DNA of 61,473 bases, filler included, from Basidiobolus meristosporus CBS 931.73 (GCA_002104905.1; 4 parts of 4 records of this genome joined end to end with filler, not necessarily neighbours in it); one strand, 5' to 3'; counted from the first letter of the whole stretch, positions 50,137 to 60,854 are shown. Translations and numbers: made by a program. Notes: a model not told the origin generated them from the letters alone.

Positions 50137-51342
50137 ATCGAGAAATGTATAAAAAGTAGATCCTACGCTAAAATAAAGGACAGACCTTGTTACACCAAAC
50201 AGAAGGACGGGAACTGGCCTGGATTTCATAACACTAACTGTTACAATAGTCTGAAAGCCGACCAGAACATACAGATGATCACGACGTATATAGTTATGTC
50301 ACCGTGTGATGATGTTTCAATATATGCTCGCTGTTGGGTAAACTTAAGACAACAGTCTATGCAAGCAATCGGGAATTGTGTTAAAAGCAGATCCAGCGCT
50401 AAAAATAAAGACAGACCTTGTTACACCAGAAAACTAGGAGACCCGGACCTGAGTATCATAACAAAACTGGTACAATATGGCGCCCAAAGGCTTGGTACTA
50501 AAGACCATATTAGGAACAAGCCCAAACCCAACGACATAGTATCTAATACATAGAACCTAACAGAGCCAAAACATGGATAGGGTACTTGAAACCCTACCTT
50601 TCCTGAACCATAGTAATGAAGCATCATCCATGTATATGTAACAGACGCATACTTTTATTGTAGTGTAGTAGTGCTATAAAGGATTGCTATATATTTTCCC
50701 TCGACTCAAGTAAAAGGCAATACCCGTCAGAACCATACTGTATGGAATATACCCCCATAGTTACTAGGAAGCTGATTTTGAATTGATTCCGACTGTACCA
50801 GATGTACCTCCTAACAGATCGCATAAGATAAAATATTTGTAACCCGCGACTTTCTCCTCTTACTAGGTTGTCCCAGCATATATTATTCGCAGCAGCTGGC
50901 AGATTCAACGTACGTTTCTGCTAACAATAGGGCTTACGAAAATACTGCAGGTCGTTGGTGAAGTTTACCATTTGCAACAAGAAAATTATATCATGTGTCA
51001 AAGACCAGGTCCCTTACTCGTGTTAAATATCACATACAATTTGCTATCTTAAAGAATTTGTCAGGAGCATTTTCCCATGTAACTCTCATCTTCTATGTAT
51101 TGTTTTATTGCTTTGACAAAGTCTAAGCACTCTTGTTGTGCTAACACATCTTTTTGGCTCTAGAATGATGTACAGATGTATCCGAAATTGTCATTCCCCC
51201 TCCCCCAACCCTATTCTTCATAAATAAACTCCTATAGCTATATAGTACTAGATATCCCCATATGGCACTAAGAAGTAATATCGATTAGGCAATGGGTGAT
51301 AGGGATTATAAGTACATTATCATTCTACCATAGCTCTATGTG

Positions 51343-52443
51343 CTACTGACAATTGTCATTGCCATTACCATCACTATTTCCCGAGTTATAAGCACCAGCA
51401 CCGTTTCCATTGTCATCTCCATTACCACCATTTCCTTTTCCAGAGTCATAAGCACCGGCTCCGTTTCCACCGTTTTCATTGCCTCCATTTCCATTACCAG
51501 CGTTGCCGTTTCCAGAGTCGTAAGCGCCAGCACCGTTACTACCGTTTCCATTACCGTTATTGCCATCTCCATTGCCAACTTTACCTTCACCGCTACCACC
51601 GTTGCCATTTCCATCCCCGTTTCCGGCGCCGTAAGCACTAGCATCGCTGCCATTTCCATTACCACCGTTTCCGTTTCCAGAGTCATAAGCGCCAGCACCG
51701 TTACCATTACCATCTCCATTACCGCCATTTTCATTTCCACCATTTTCAGAGCCATAGGTACTGGCTTCGTTGCCATCGTTTCCATTACCATCTCCATTGA
51801 CTCCGTTGCCGTTACTGCTGCTTCCGCTTCCTCCGTTTTCAGAGTCATAAACACCAGCTCCGTTTCCTATATTCCCGTTGCCACCGTTGCTACTGCCGCT
51901 ATTTCCATCTCCATTGCCTCCATTTCCAGAGTCATATGCGCTAGCCCTGTTACCAGCATTTCTTTTACCAGTATTGCCATTATTGTATCCGGTACCGTTA
52001 CTGCCGTTTCCACCATTTCCATTACCACCACTGCCGTTTCCAGAGTCGTAAGCGCCAGCACCGTTACCACCGTTTCCGTTACCGCTATTACCATCTCGAT
52101 TACCTCCGTTGCCGTTGCCGTTGCCGCCTTTTCCATTAATATCTCCACTGCCAGAGTCATAAGCACCTGCTCCGCTACCTCCATTACCACCGTTACCACC
52201 GTTTCCATCGCCTTGGTTTCCGTTGCGGACATTTCCCGAGCCATAGGCACCAGCTCCGTTTCCTCCATGACCATTACCACCATTGTCGTTAGAATCGCCA
52301 CTACCGCCATTACCTCCACCAAATACATCCGTCACATCATAGGCCCCACCGCTTCTAGCTTGCAATCTCTGATCGAAAGCTGCAGCGTTGATTGCTGCCA
52401 AACCAGAGAGGAAGCACAAGATTCTATGAGCGGAGAATTTCAT
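51343..52443 (-). CDS. Secreted Gly/Asn-rich GAGAYDSGNG-repeat protein, paralogue 1 (366 aa)
   Basis: Signal peptide MKFSAHRILCFLSGLAAINA, TATA about 65 bp upstream, recurrent (G/S)AxYDS motifs separated by GN runs, C-terminus NCQ. Confidence 0.85.
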   Translation of the reverse strand: MKFSAHRILCFLSGLAAINAAAFDQRLQARSGGAYDVTDVFGGGNGGSGDSNDNGGNGHGGNGAGAYGSGNVRNGNQGDGNGGNGGNGGSGAGAYDSGSGDINGKGGNGNGNGGNRDGNSGNGNGGNGAGAYDSGNGSGGNGNGGNGSNGTGYNNGNTGKRNAGNRASAYDSGNGGNGDGNSGSSNGGNGNIGNGAGVYDSENGGSGSSSNGNGVNGDGNGNDGNEASTYGSENGGNENGGNGDGNGNGAGAYDSGNGNGGNGNGSDASAYGAGNGDGNGNGGSGEGKVGNGDGNNGNGNGSNGAGAYDSGNGNAGNGNGGNENGGNGAGAYDSGKGNGGNGDDNGNGAGAYNSGNSDGNGNDNCQ

Positions 52444-53303
52444 TCTATTATAAAAAGAGATATAGCACTTAGTGGATGCCCTGATATATCTCACTAGAGC
52501 CTCTATTTATACCAGCTTACAGCATTAGCCTTTTGGACAAGAAGAATATGCACACTGATGCCCCTTTATTTTTCCTGTTCATTTCAATGAGTTAATCATC
52601 GTAAGGAGTCCATCCCTGCCTTGCAAATTGAGTAAACAGAAACTTCTTCCCCACATTTACCCTAACTTCCTCTACCCCGTAGCTGGTGAGTTGCATCATA
52701 TCAAGTAAGTGGTGTTTTACTGGCTATTCTAGAGGATCGGGAGTTAGAGTCTCGTTAACACCTGGGTATTTGCATCAATCGAATAGATTCTGTTGATATA
52801 CTGAAACTATGGACAATCGTATAGAAATGATTTATTTATACAGTGATATTATTGTAGAAGTGGGAATTACTCTCACCAAAACGACAAGCAACCTTTTGCT
52901 AAACTCTGATATGTAAAGTAACCACCATATAGCGCAAGAATGTTGTATGAAAGGTGAGTAAATAAACAACTCGTTTTAGTATTTAGCTCTAGTTTGAGTG
53001 CATAATTCAACCATTTTACTAAGACAACTTTATTATTCTGGAACATTACCCTCTACTTGGGTAGGGATTAGAGAATGGAAATAATTCAAAAAATCGATGA
53101 ATCCTCGACTGAACTTGAAAAAATGTCTATTGGAGCCATAGATCAATGAACAGCTTTTAGATAGGGATTTACTGCTTTCTTGTATCCTGAGTAGTTAGCA
53201 CATTTTTCGCCACTATTACTTCTGGTCGTGAGTATCAGCTATATTCGATTTTATTTATGGAATTTATATATAAAAACAGGTTCTAGATTGTATGGCTCTA
53301 TAA

Positions 53304-54314
53304 TTACTGACAATCGCTGTTACCGGTACCTGCGCCGCCATTCCCTGCACCATAAGCACCGGCTCCATCTCCTCCTTTCCCGTTACCATCACCATTGCCA
53401 CCGTTTCCAGTATCATAGGCACCAGCTCCATTTCCTCCGTTGTCATTGTCACCACCGTTGTCTCCATTACTGTTTCCAGAGTTGTAGGCACCAGCTACAT
53501 TTCCTCCATTGCCATTGCCACCACCGTTCCCTCCGTTACCGTTGCCATTTCCATTGCCGCCACCGTTGTTATTGCCTCCGTTTCTAGTATCATAGGCACC
53601 AGCTCCATTACCGCCATTGCCATTACTATCTCCATTTTCTCCATTGCCATTGCCTCCGTTACCATTACCGCCGTTGCCAGAATCGTAGGCGCCAGCTCCA
53701 TTTCCTCCATTGCCATTGCCACCACCGTTGCCTCCATCATCTTCATTACCATTACCATTGTCTCCGTTACCGTTGTCATTACCACTTTCTCCAGAGTCAT
53801 AGGTGCCAGCTTGATCACCTCCATTGCCATTGCCTCCTTTACTGTTGCCATTACTGCCGTTTCCAGAATCGTAAGCACCAGCTCCGTTTCCTCCGTTATC
53901 ATTGCCGCCACCGTTGTCTCCATTACTGTTTCCAGAATCGTAGACGTCAGCTCTATTTCCTCCGTTGCCATTACCACCATTACCATCCCCATTATCTCCG
54001 TTACCGTTGCCATTACCACCGTTTCCAGAGGCATAAGCGCCAGCTCCGTTGCCTCCATTTTCTCCATTACCATTGCCCCCGTTACCGTTATCACTGCCGC
54101 CATTCCCAGAGTCGTAGGTACCAGCTCCGTTTCCTCCATGACCATTACCACCATTGTCGTTAGAATCGCCACTACCGCCATTACCTCCACCAAATACATC
54201 CGTCACATCATAGGCCCCACCGCTTCTAGCTTGCAATCTCTGATCGAAAGCTGCAGCGTTGATTGCTGCCAAACCAGAGAGGAAGCACAAGATTCTATGA
54301 GCGGAGAATTTCAT
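53304..54314 (-). CDS. Secreted Gly/Asn-rich GAGAYDSGNG-repeat protein, paralogue 2 (336 aa)
   Basis: Same N-terminus as paralogue 1, a different repeat order, C-terminus DCQ. Confidence 0.85.
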   Translation of the reverse strand: MKFSAHRILCFLSGLAAINAAAFDQRLQARSGGAYDVTDVFGGGNGGSGDSNDNGGNGHGGNGAGTYDSGNGGSDNGNGGNGNGENGGNGAGAYASGNGGNGNGNGDNGDGNGGNGNGGNRADVYDSGNSNGDNGGGNDNGGNGAGAYDSGNGSNGNSKGGNGNGGDQAGTYDSGESGNDNGNGDNGNGNEDDGGNGGGNGNGGNGAGAYDSGNGGNGNGGNGNGENGDSNGNGGNGAGAYDTRNGGNNNGGGNGNGNGNGGNGGGNGNGGNVAGAYNSGNSNGDNGGDNDNGGNGAGAYDTGNGGNGDGNGKGGDGAGAYGAGNGGAGTGNSDCQ

Positions 54315-55085
54315 TCTATTATAAAAAGAGATATAGCACTTAGTGGATGCCCTGATATATCTCACTAGAGCCTCTATTTATACCAACCTACATCTTTCCC
54401 CTTATGGACCAGCCAAACATGGGGTATTCCATATGTAAACAAGTGCCCCTTCCTTTTCCTGCTCAGTCTCATTAAGCCAAGATACAGCTCAGTGTGTTAA
54501 CTATTAGAATCAACCCAAATTTAGCCAAAATTACGATTGGTAGTTCACCCCCTGCCTTGTGAATTGAGTAAACAACGCCTTTTTCCCCCATATTTGCCAT
54601 TGTATGGTTTACTGGATTATATTTGTATGTATAGGCGACTTTATACTATAGTCAAAAAATAGTACGGGCCTCCGCTTCTGCACAAGCTCTTGACTACTTA
54701 AACACTGTCAGAATCAGTAGCATCCTGGTCATTACCTCCATTCCGTATCCAGAACCGTTTCATTTCCATTATTAATGCATGCTAGCTTCGGTGATTCCAG
54801 AACCATCGCTACTGGTATTATCACTAGTCAGGTACATATAGGCAAAGTATCTTGGTGCAATGAGCTGAGACAAATACTTTCAACCACAATTCAATGCCTG
54901 CTCATTTATGCGTATCAAGTCTAGTTGTGTGGCATTGAGAAAGAGAAATAGATTCGGAAATGTTTTAGATAAACAACATCTTTGACCACCATCGTGGCAA
55001 ATGATTGTATTATTGAATAGATGTGCTGCTCATAGTAATTATAATGTATTTCCGTCAATCCCTCAGTTCTTTATTATTCCCGCAA

Positions 55086-55649
55086 CTAGTAATTTGGCTC
55101 AGCCGGAGAGGCACCATCTTCCGTATGAGAATTTGTGGCCGGGGGAACATCATCAGAATAAGGTTTTGGTTCAGGGATAGGAGTTGTTGGAGGTGAGGGA
55201 GGTGAGTGATTTACAACATGGATCTCGGTTTTACCTGGTCTACCTGGTCTACCAGGTCTTCCTCGTTTTCCTTGTCTCCCCCGCTTCCCCTGTCTTCCAC
55301 GTGGACCACGTGGGCCACGCGGACCGCGTTTTCCAGCAGTTCCGTGACCGTGACCGTGACCGTGCCCATGCCCATGCTCCTTTCCTTTGCTACTCTTTCC
55401 CAGATTCAGAGGATTGCCTTGAATAACGGGTACACTTCCTGCAATGCTATGAGAACTGAAGAGAGCGGGGCCACCACCGTAGCGCTTTTCCAAGCGAACG
55501 GCTTCAGGGCCCGGTACCGCGGCTCCACCATCAGTAGTCCCCTGACTGGCAACAGCAGTGCCACCATTTTCAACTTCCTGACTAGCAACAGGATTGTGTG
55601 TAAGAGCAATCGCAACACTGATCAACAGTAGGGATTTTATGATGGACAT
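55086..55649 (-). CDS. Secreted protein with (HG)7 tract and cationic collagen-like Gly-X-Y domain (187 aa)
   Basis: Hydrophobic N-terminus, LEKR Kex2-type site, HGHGHGHGHGHGHG, 12 consecutive G-X-Y triplets (GKR GPR GPR GPR GRQ GKR GRQ GKR GRP GRP GRP GKT), a Pro/acidic tail, and TATATAAA at 55691-55698. Confidence 0.82.
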   Translation of the reverse strand: MSIIKSLLLISVAIALTHNPVASQEVENGGTAVASQGTTDGGAAVPGPEAVRLEKRYGGGPALFSSHSIAGSVPVIQGNPLNLGKSSKGKEHGHGHGHGHGHGTAGKRGPRGPRGPRGRQGKRGRQGKRGRPGRPGRPGKTEIHVVNHSPPSPPTTPIPEPKPYSDDVPPATNSHTEDGASPAEPNY

Positions 55650-56049
55650 GGAGGGCAGACTGGTGAGGATATAGATGTTCCAATCACTTCTTTATATACT
55701 GATTATGAGTTGCTGCATGAATGTTGCAATTAGTTTGGCTGATACTTTCTATGCAGCCTAGAACCGATGATTACTTTGGCATTCAAACACTGTGTATCAT
55801 TTCCATCTCTGTACAGCTAGCGTAGCCCTGGAACCAGAATCACCCAATAATCTTCATTGCCCTGATGATTCCATGCTTGGCCAATTCCTTGGTTCGTTGT
55901 GGAAATAATGGCGACGATGTTTGATCAAGTGCTTTTACAATCCATGGTGTTTCATGAAATTACCGTATTTCTACTCAAGAACTTGGCAGGTAATGGCACT
56001 TCCTGATACTGTAAAGGCATCATAATCCAATCGTTTTCAAGGCCTCATA

Positions 56050-56199
56050 GAAGTGAAGGCATAGCTAAGGATGGGCGAGAAGGTGTCAGGTCAGAATGTG
56101 GATGTTCGCGAGATCAGCCATGCGCTCCCCGACAAGCACTACCTCAGTATCAACCTGAAGCCCCTCAACCTTCCCAACAACGGCAAGGACCCATCATAA
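56050..56199 (+). pseudogene. Probable uricase (urate oxidase) C-terminal gene fragment
   Basis: MGEKVSGQNVDVREISHALPDKHYLSINLKPLNLPNNGKD resembles the uricase segment M.E.IL....V.Y.LPNKHYF.IDL. There is an in-frame stop at 56062 and no rest of the gene nearby. Confidence 0.55.
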
Positions 56200-57338
56200 T
56201 GCGCGTGGGCAATAATTTTCAACTACCCATTCATTGTACTGAATCTCTGACGTATAATCTGGATACCGAATAAATCCTATTTAACTATACCACACAACTT
56301 CGACACCAAGGAGCGGCTTACCTCCGTGGTATAGAAATGAGTCGGCGATTCTCCACAGTGGTATCCATTTGTAAGTGTTCTCTCCGAATGAGTCACCTAC
56401 CACCCGGCCTGTCGAGGGCGACGCGATTGGAGGCCATAGCTGATTGTTGTAGGTGGCTGCACTCTCAGTTTCATGCTTTATTTCCACACCATTAACCAAC
56501 ACCTGGAAACGTAACCTCTTTTTATATCGCCTTATAGCATTCGAGTTTCATATGTTTGAAGTTAATTAACCACCGGTTTGTACCAAGGTGCCTCTGCGCC
56601 AGTGCGTACACAGAGCTAATTAGCACATTCAGCGGTGCGATATTCGGTCGAGCTTTAGTGAAGATGCCTGTGGTCTTCGTTCGTGAACCCTTAGTTGGGA
56701 ACTGGAATATGATCCACAAGCCTGATCTAGTGAGGATCTACTCGGACATGAGCGATCATTGGCGGAGATGCGAGATGTAATTGATGAAAACCTTCGCTCC
56801 CAAGAGGAAGGTGACAAGCGAAAGGAGCATAAAAGAATCAAGTGCATCACCATAATGGTAAGTGATCTGCACTCTCGATCTTGACCGATAACTAGGCAGA
56901 CCCTTCTCCCTTGCCCAGGTGAAACTTCTCACCCTCGTTGGACTTTTTGGTGCCGCCAACTAAGCCTACTAACAGGCTATGAGAGCATCCTATGGGACTC
57001 AGTTTCGCTTCCATAGCACTTCTTCAGAAAGGGTTATTTTTACAAACAATTTCCAACTTTTCCTAGCTTCTGTTACAACACCTACACGCATCAACACCTC
57101 TCAATCACAGGATTTGAGCTTTGTTATAGCCCTGTGGTGGGGTCATCCCAAATACTTTCAATATGAACACCAGCAATACTATATGTTCTCCCAATTACAT
57201 TGATTGGCAGTGCTAGTGGAATAACTTCTGTAGACACTTGTTTATTCTAAGATACAAGGCTAAGATTACATGAAATAATCAGATATATAACTAGTGTACA
57301 TTGGTAAATACATGAATATAGTATTCTAAACTCGCTGT

Positions 57339-58229
57339 TTAATCCAACTCTTCAACAGTTGGTTCACTGCTATCGGCACCAGGGAATCCACCAGGGGCGG
57401 CACCACCAGGGAATCCTCCTGGAGCAGCACCTGGGGCACCGCCAGCAGCTTGGTACATCTTGGTCATGATGGGGTTGGCAACGCCTTCCAACTCCTTTTG
57501 CTTGTCTTCGTATTCCTCCTTAGAGGCCTCTTGGCTGTCGTCCAACCAGCTGATGGTGCTGTTGATGGCTTCCTCGAGCTTCTTCTTGTCATCGGCCTCC
57601 AATTGTCCGGCAACCTTCTCGTCTTGGATGGTGTTGCGGAGAGAGTAGGCATAGGACTCGAGTCCGTTCTTGGCGGAAATACGAGAGGCAGCGGCTTCAT
57701 CCTCAGCCTTGTACTTCTCGGCCTCAGACACCATGCGCTCGATATCCTCCTTGGAAAGACGGCCCTTGTCGTTGGTGATGGTGATCTTGTTGGAGCGGCC
57801 GGTGGTCTTGTCCAAAGCAGACACGTTCAAGATACCGTTGGCATCAACATCGAAGGTGACCTCGATTTGAGGAACTCCACGAGGAGCAGGTGGGATACCG
57901 GTAAGCTCGAACTTGCCAAGGATGTTGTTGTCCTTGGTACGGGCACGCTCACCTTCAAAGACTTGAATCAACACTCCAGGCTGGTTGTCGGCGTAGGTGG
58001 AGAAGGTCTCGGACTTCTTGGTGGGGACAGTGGTGTTTCTCTTGATCAAGGGAGTCATCACTCCTCCGGCGGTTTCGATACCCAAGGAGAGGGGAGCAAC
58101 ATCGAGCAAAAGCAAGTCTTGAGTCTTCTCAGAGGTATCTCCAGACAAGATAGCAGCTTGGACAGCGGCACCATAGGCAACAGCCTCATCGGGGTTGATG
58201 GATTTGTTGGGCTCCTTGCCGTTGAAGTA

Positions 58230-58268
<39 letters not shown>

Positions 58269-59279
58269 TCCTCCAACAAGGACAATCTCGTGGACATTGG
58301 ATTTGTCAATCTTGGAGTCACGAAGAACCTTCTCGACAGGGTCCATGGTGGAACGGAACAAGTCTTGGCAGAGTTCCTCGAATCTAGCACGAGTCAAGGA
58401 GGTGTAGAAGTCAATTCCCTCGAACAGGGAGTCAATCTCGATGGAGGTTTGAGCAGCAGATGAAAGGGTTCTCTTGGCACGCTCACAGGCGGTTCTGAGA
58501 CGACGAAGGGCACGAGCATTGGTGGACAAGTCCTTCTTATTCTTGCGCTTGAACTCTTGGACAAAGTGGCTGACAAGACGGTTGTCGAAATCTTCACCGC
58601 CCAAGTGAGTATCACCAGCAGTAGCCTTGACTTCGAAGATGCCATCCTCAATGGTCAAGAGGGAGACATCGAAGGTACCTCCTCCAAGATCGAAAATGAG
58701 GACATTCTTCTCACCACTGGTCTTCTGGTCAAGACCGTAGGCGATGGCAGCGGCGGTAGGCTCGTTGATGATACGAAGAACGTTCATACCCGCAATAGCT
58801 CCGGCATCCTTGGTAGCTTGGCGCTGAGAGTCGTTGAAGTAGGCAGGAACGGTGACAACAGCGTTCTTGACCTCACCACCGAGGTAGGCCTCAGCGGTCT
58901 CTCTCATCTTCAACAAGATCATGGAGGAGATTTCCTCAGGAGTGAAGGTCTTGCTCTCCCCCTTGTACTCGACTTGGATCAAGGGCTTGGAGTCCTTCTC
59001 GACAACCTTGAAAGGCCAGTGCTTCATGTCGGATTGGACCTCGGAGTCGTTGAAACGACGGCCAATGAGACGCTTGGCATCGAACACACTGTTGGTGGGG
59101 TTCATGGCGACTTGGTTCTTGGCGGCATCACCGATGAGACGTTCAGAGTCGGTGAAAGCAACATAGGAAGGAGTGGTTCTGTTACCCTGGTCGTTGGCAA
59201 TGATCTCGACACGATCGTTTTGCCAGACACCAACACAGGAGTAGGTGGTTCCCAAATCGATTCCGACGGCTTTAGACAT
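57339..59279 (-). CDS. HSP70: Cytosolic Hsp70 (Ssa type), intronless, 646 aa
   Basis: [32 protein letters not shown], a GGAP repeat tail and a C-terminal EELD, with no signal or transit peptide. Confidence 0.99.
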
Positions 59280-59363
59280 GGCGTGTTATGTGATTAAGAG
59301 TAAATGAAAGTGTATGTGGTATTAGGATATATTGAGTGTCGAGCCAGTTTGGAGCCAGTGTGC

Positions 59364-59428
59364 TTTTATACTTCTGGTGAGTTGTTTTGAAGAAATTCGG
59401 GATTCGTCTCATAAATTCCAGCATGTTC
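59364..59428 (-). promoter_or_regulatory. HSP70 TATA box and imperfect heat shock element array
   Basis: TATAAAA at 59364-59370. TTC/GTC units occur at 59396, 59406, 59416 and 59426 (10-bp period), with GAT and GCA at the GAA positions. Confidence 0.5.
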
Positions 59429-59633
59429 CTTTGTGACGATCGATCATTCCACCAATCATGGCCGAAGTACCGAGATAAGCCAATTTACGTCGTTTCGGGA
59501 TTAACAAATAGTTTAACACCGGTTCTTAAGCGGCTGCTAGATTTGGACAATGATATTACCGTATCAATGGTACCAATTTTGGCTATCGGGAGAACATGAC
59601 GTGTTGTATAGGTCCTGGTACCAGAGGCAAGGA

Positions 59634-59661
59634 TTAGGGCTAGGGCTAGGGTTAGGGCTAG
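59634..59661 (+). repeat. Interstitial telomere-like repeat (TTAGGG/CTAGGG x4.7)
   Basis: TTAGGG CTAGGG CTAGGG TTAGGG CTAG. Confidence 0.85.
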
Positions 59662-59814
59662 CTAAGCGTGTAGTTATTTAACTATTGTAATTTGACTAAT
59701 AACTTTCATTTCTCCAGGTAGATGTTCAAGCTTGATGATTCGCTTGATCAAATCCTGTCAAGTCCTTTGAATTTTTTCCTCACCACAGTACTACTGATTT
59801 TTGTTATCACTTTT

Positions 59815-60140
59815 AACTGCACCACCGCCATTGCCTCACTACTGTCATTACCATTACCTCCGATCACCATTACCATCTCCACCGTGTCCAATGTTGTAAA
59901 TACTAGCACTATTGGCACCTATATTATCTCCATTTCCACAATCATAGGCTCCAGCGCCTCTATTAGGTGCCTCTATTACTGCCATTTCCGTTACCATATC
60001 CGTTACTGTTTCTATAATCATAAGCACTAGCTGCATTTCTACTGTTTCCATACCTCTGTTACTGCTTTCAGAACCATAGGCACCAACATTATTGTCCTAA
60101 CAACCCTTTCTGCTTTTGCCATTGCTATCTGCCTGTAGGA
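59815..60140 (-). pseudogene. Decayed third copy of the GAGAYDSGNG-repeat family
   Basis: VGAYGSE, ASAYDY, GAGAYDCGNG and ASIYNIG occur across shifted frames with stops. No signal peptide was found. Confidence 0.7.
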
Positions 60141-60199
60141 CTACTCATGCCTGTACTGCCCTATTAAAGTAATGTTGGAATAAGAAATTGGAAGGAGGC

Positions 60200-60520
60200 A
60201 ATGCTCAAATAAGAACAGTGACAAGAGTATGATCACCTAATGGGTAAAGTGAACTTGCACTTGTTGGTGAGGAAATTGTACCATTTGGAAGTTTCCCCAA
60301 TCCCTGTATTGGGACTCAAATAACATTTACCATGATGGCATCTGTAAGTGTAAGATGCTAGAAGGGCACATGGCAATATTTGATGATACCCTTGGGAAAG
60401 AGCCTTGTTTACAAGAAGCTGGCTAACAAGAATTCTGATCCTGCTTTCATCCCTCACGTGCAACACTATTTGTAAATGGCTGACTAAGTACCATAAAGCA
60501 TTACATCCATTTGGTTGATT
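60200..60520 (-). pseudogene. Possible gypsy reverse transcriptase relic
   Basis: Weak resemblance only: SQGYHQI...TYRCHHGK. CpG-depleted. Confidence 0.3.
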
Positions 60521-60854
60521 TACTACAGGTTTCAACATTCAACAAGTGATATACAAGTGCTAATATAAAATACCACTTAGCAGTTAAGTAAACTTATTGT
60601 TGTTTGATCAAGGGCTCTGTAGAAACACTCATCAAGAATTCCTCTCTATTGACTTGGATTCTTCTAGTATGATATGTATCTTGGTTGTTCTGTGTGTCCC
60701 CTATGAAATATATCAAACTTGGCTCTCATATGGTATTCTACTGCCATCTTGCCAATATTTTGTTGTGAATTTTTCAAGGGTAAATTGCTTATTATTGTCC
60801 TACTGGTATTTTGGTTATTGAAGCACAATACTCTTATGAATATTTGTTGATTTA

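Noticed and set aside
51340-54368. Antisense and shifted ORFs over the AYD genes, and the upstream ATG giving MRYIRASTKCYISFYNR
   Set aside because: The extra ORFs are shadows of low-complexity repeats. The upstream ATG is only about 10 bp from the TATA and would bury the signal peptide, so the MKFS start is preferred.
56230-56530. Possible small spliced gene on minus (TATAAAA near 56520; MASNRVALDRPG...)
   Set aside because: It needs a poor acceptor site and gives a short product with no recognisable feature.
57450-59297. Long antisense ORFs (337 and 246 aa) opposite HSP70
   Set aside because: Antisense frames opposite Hsp70 genes are a well-known consequence of codon bias. The historical claim that they encode a glutamate dehydrogenase has been disputed, and no independent motif is visible here.
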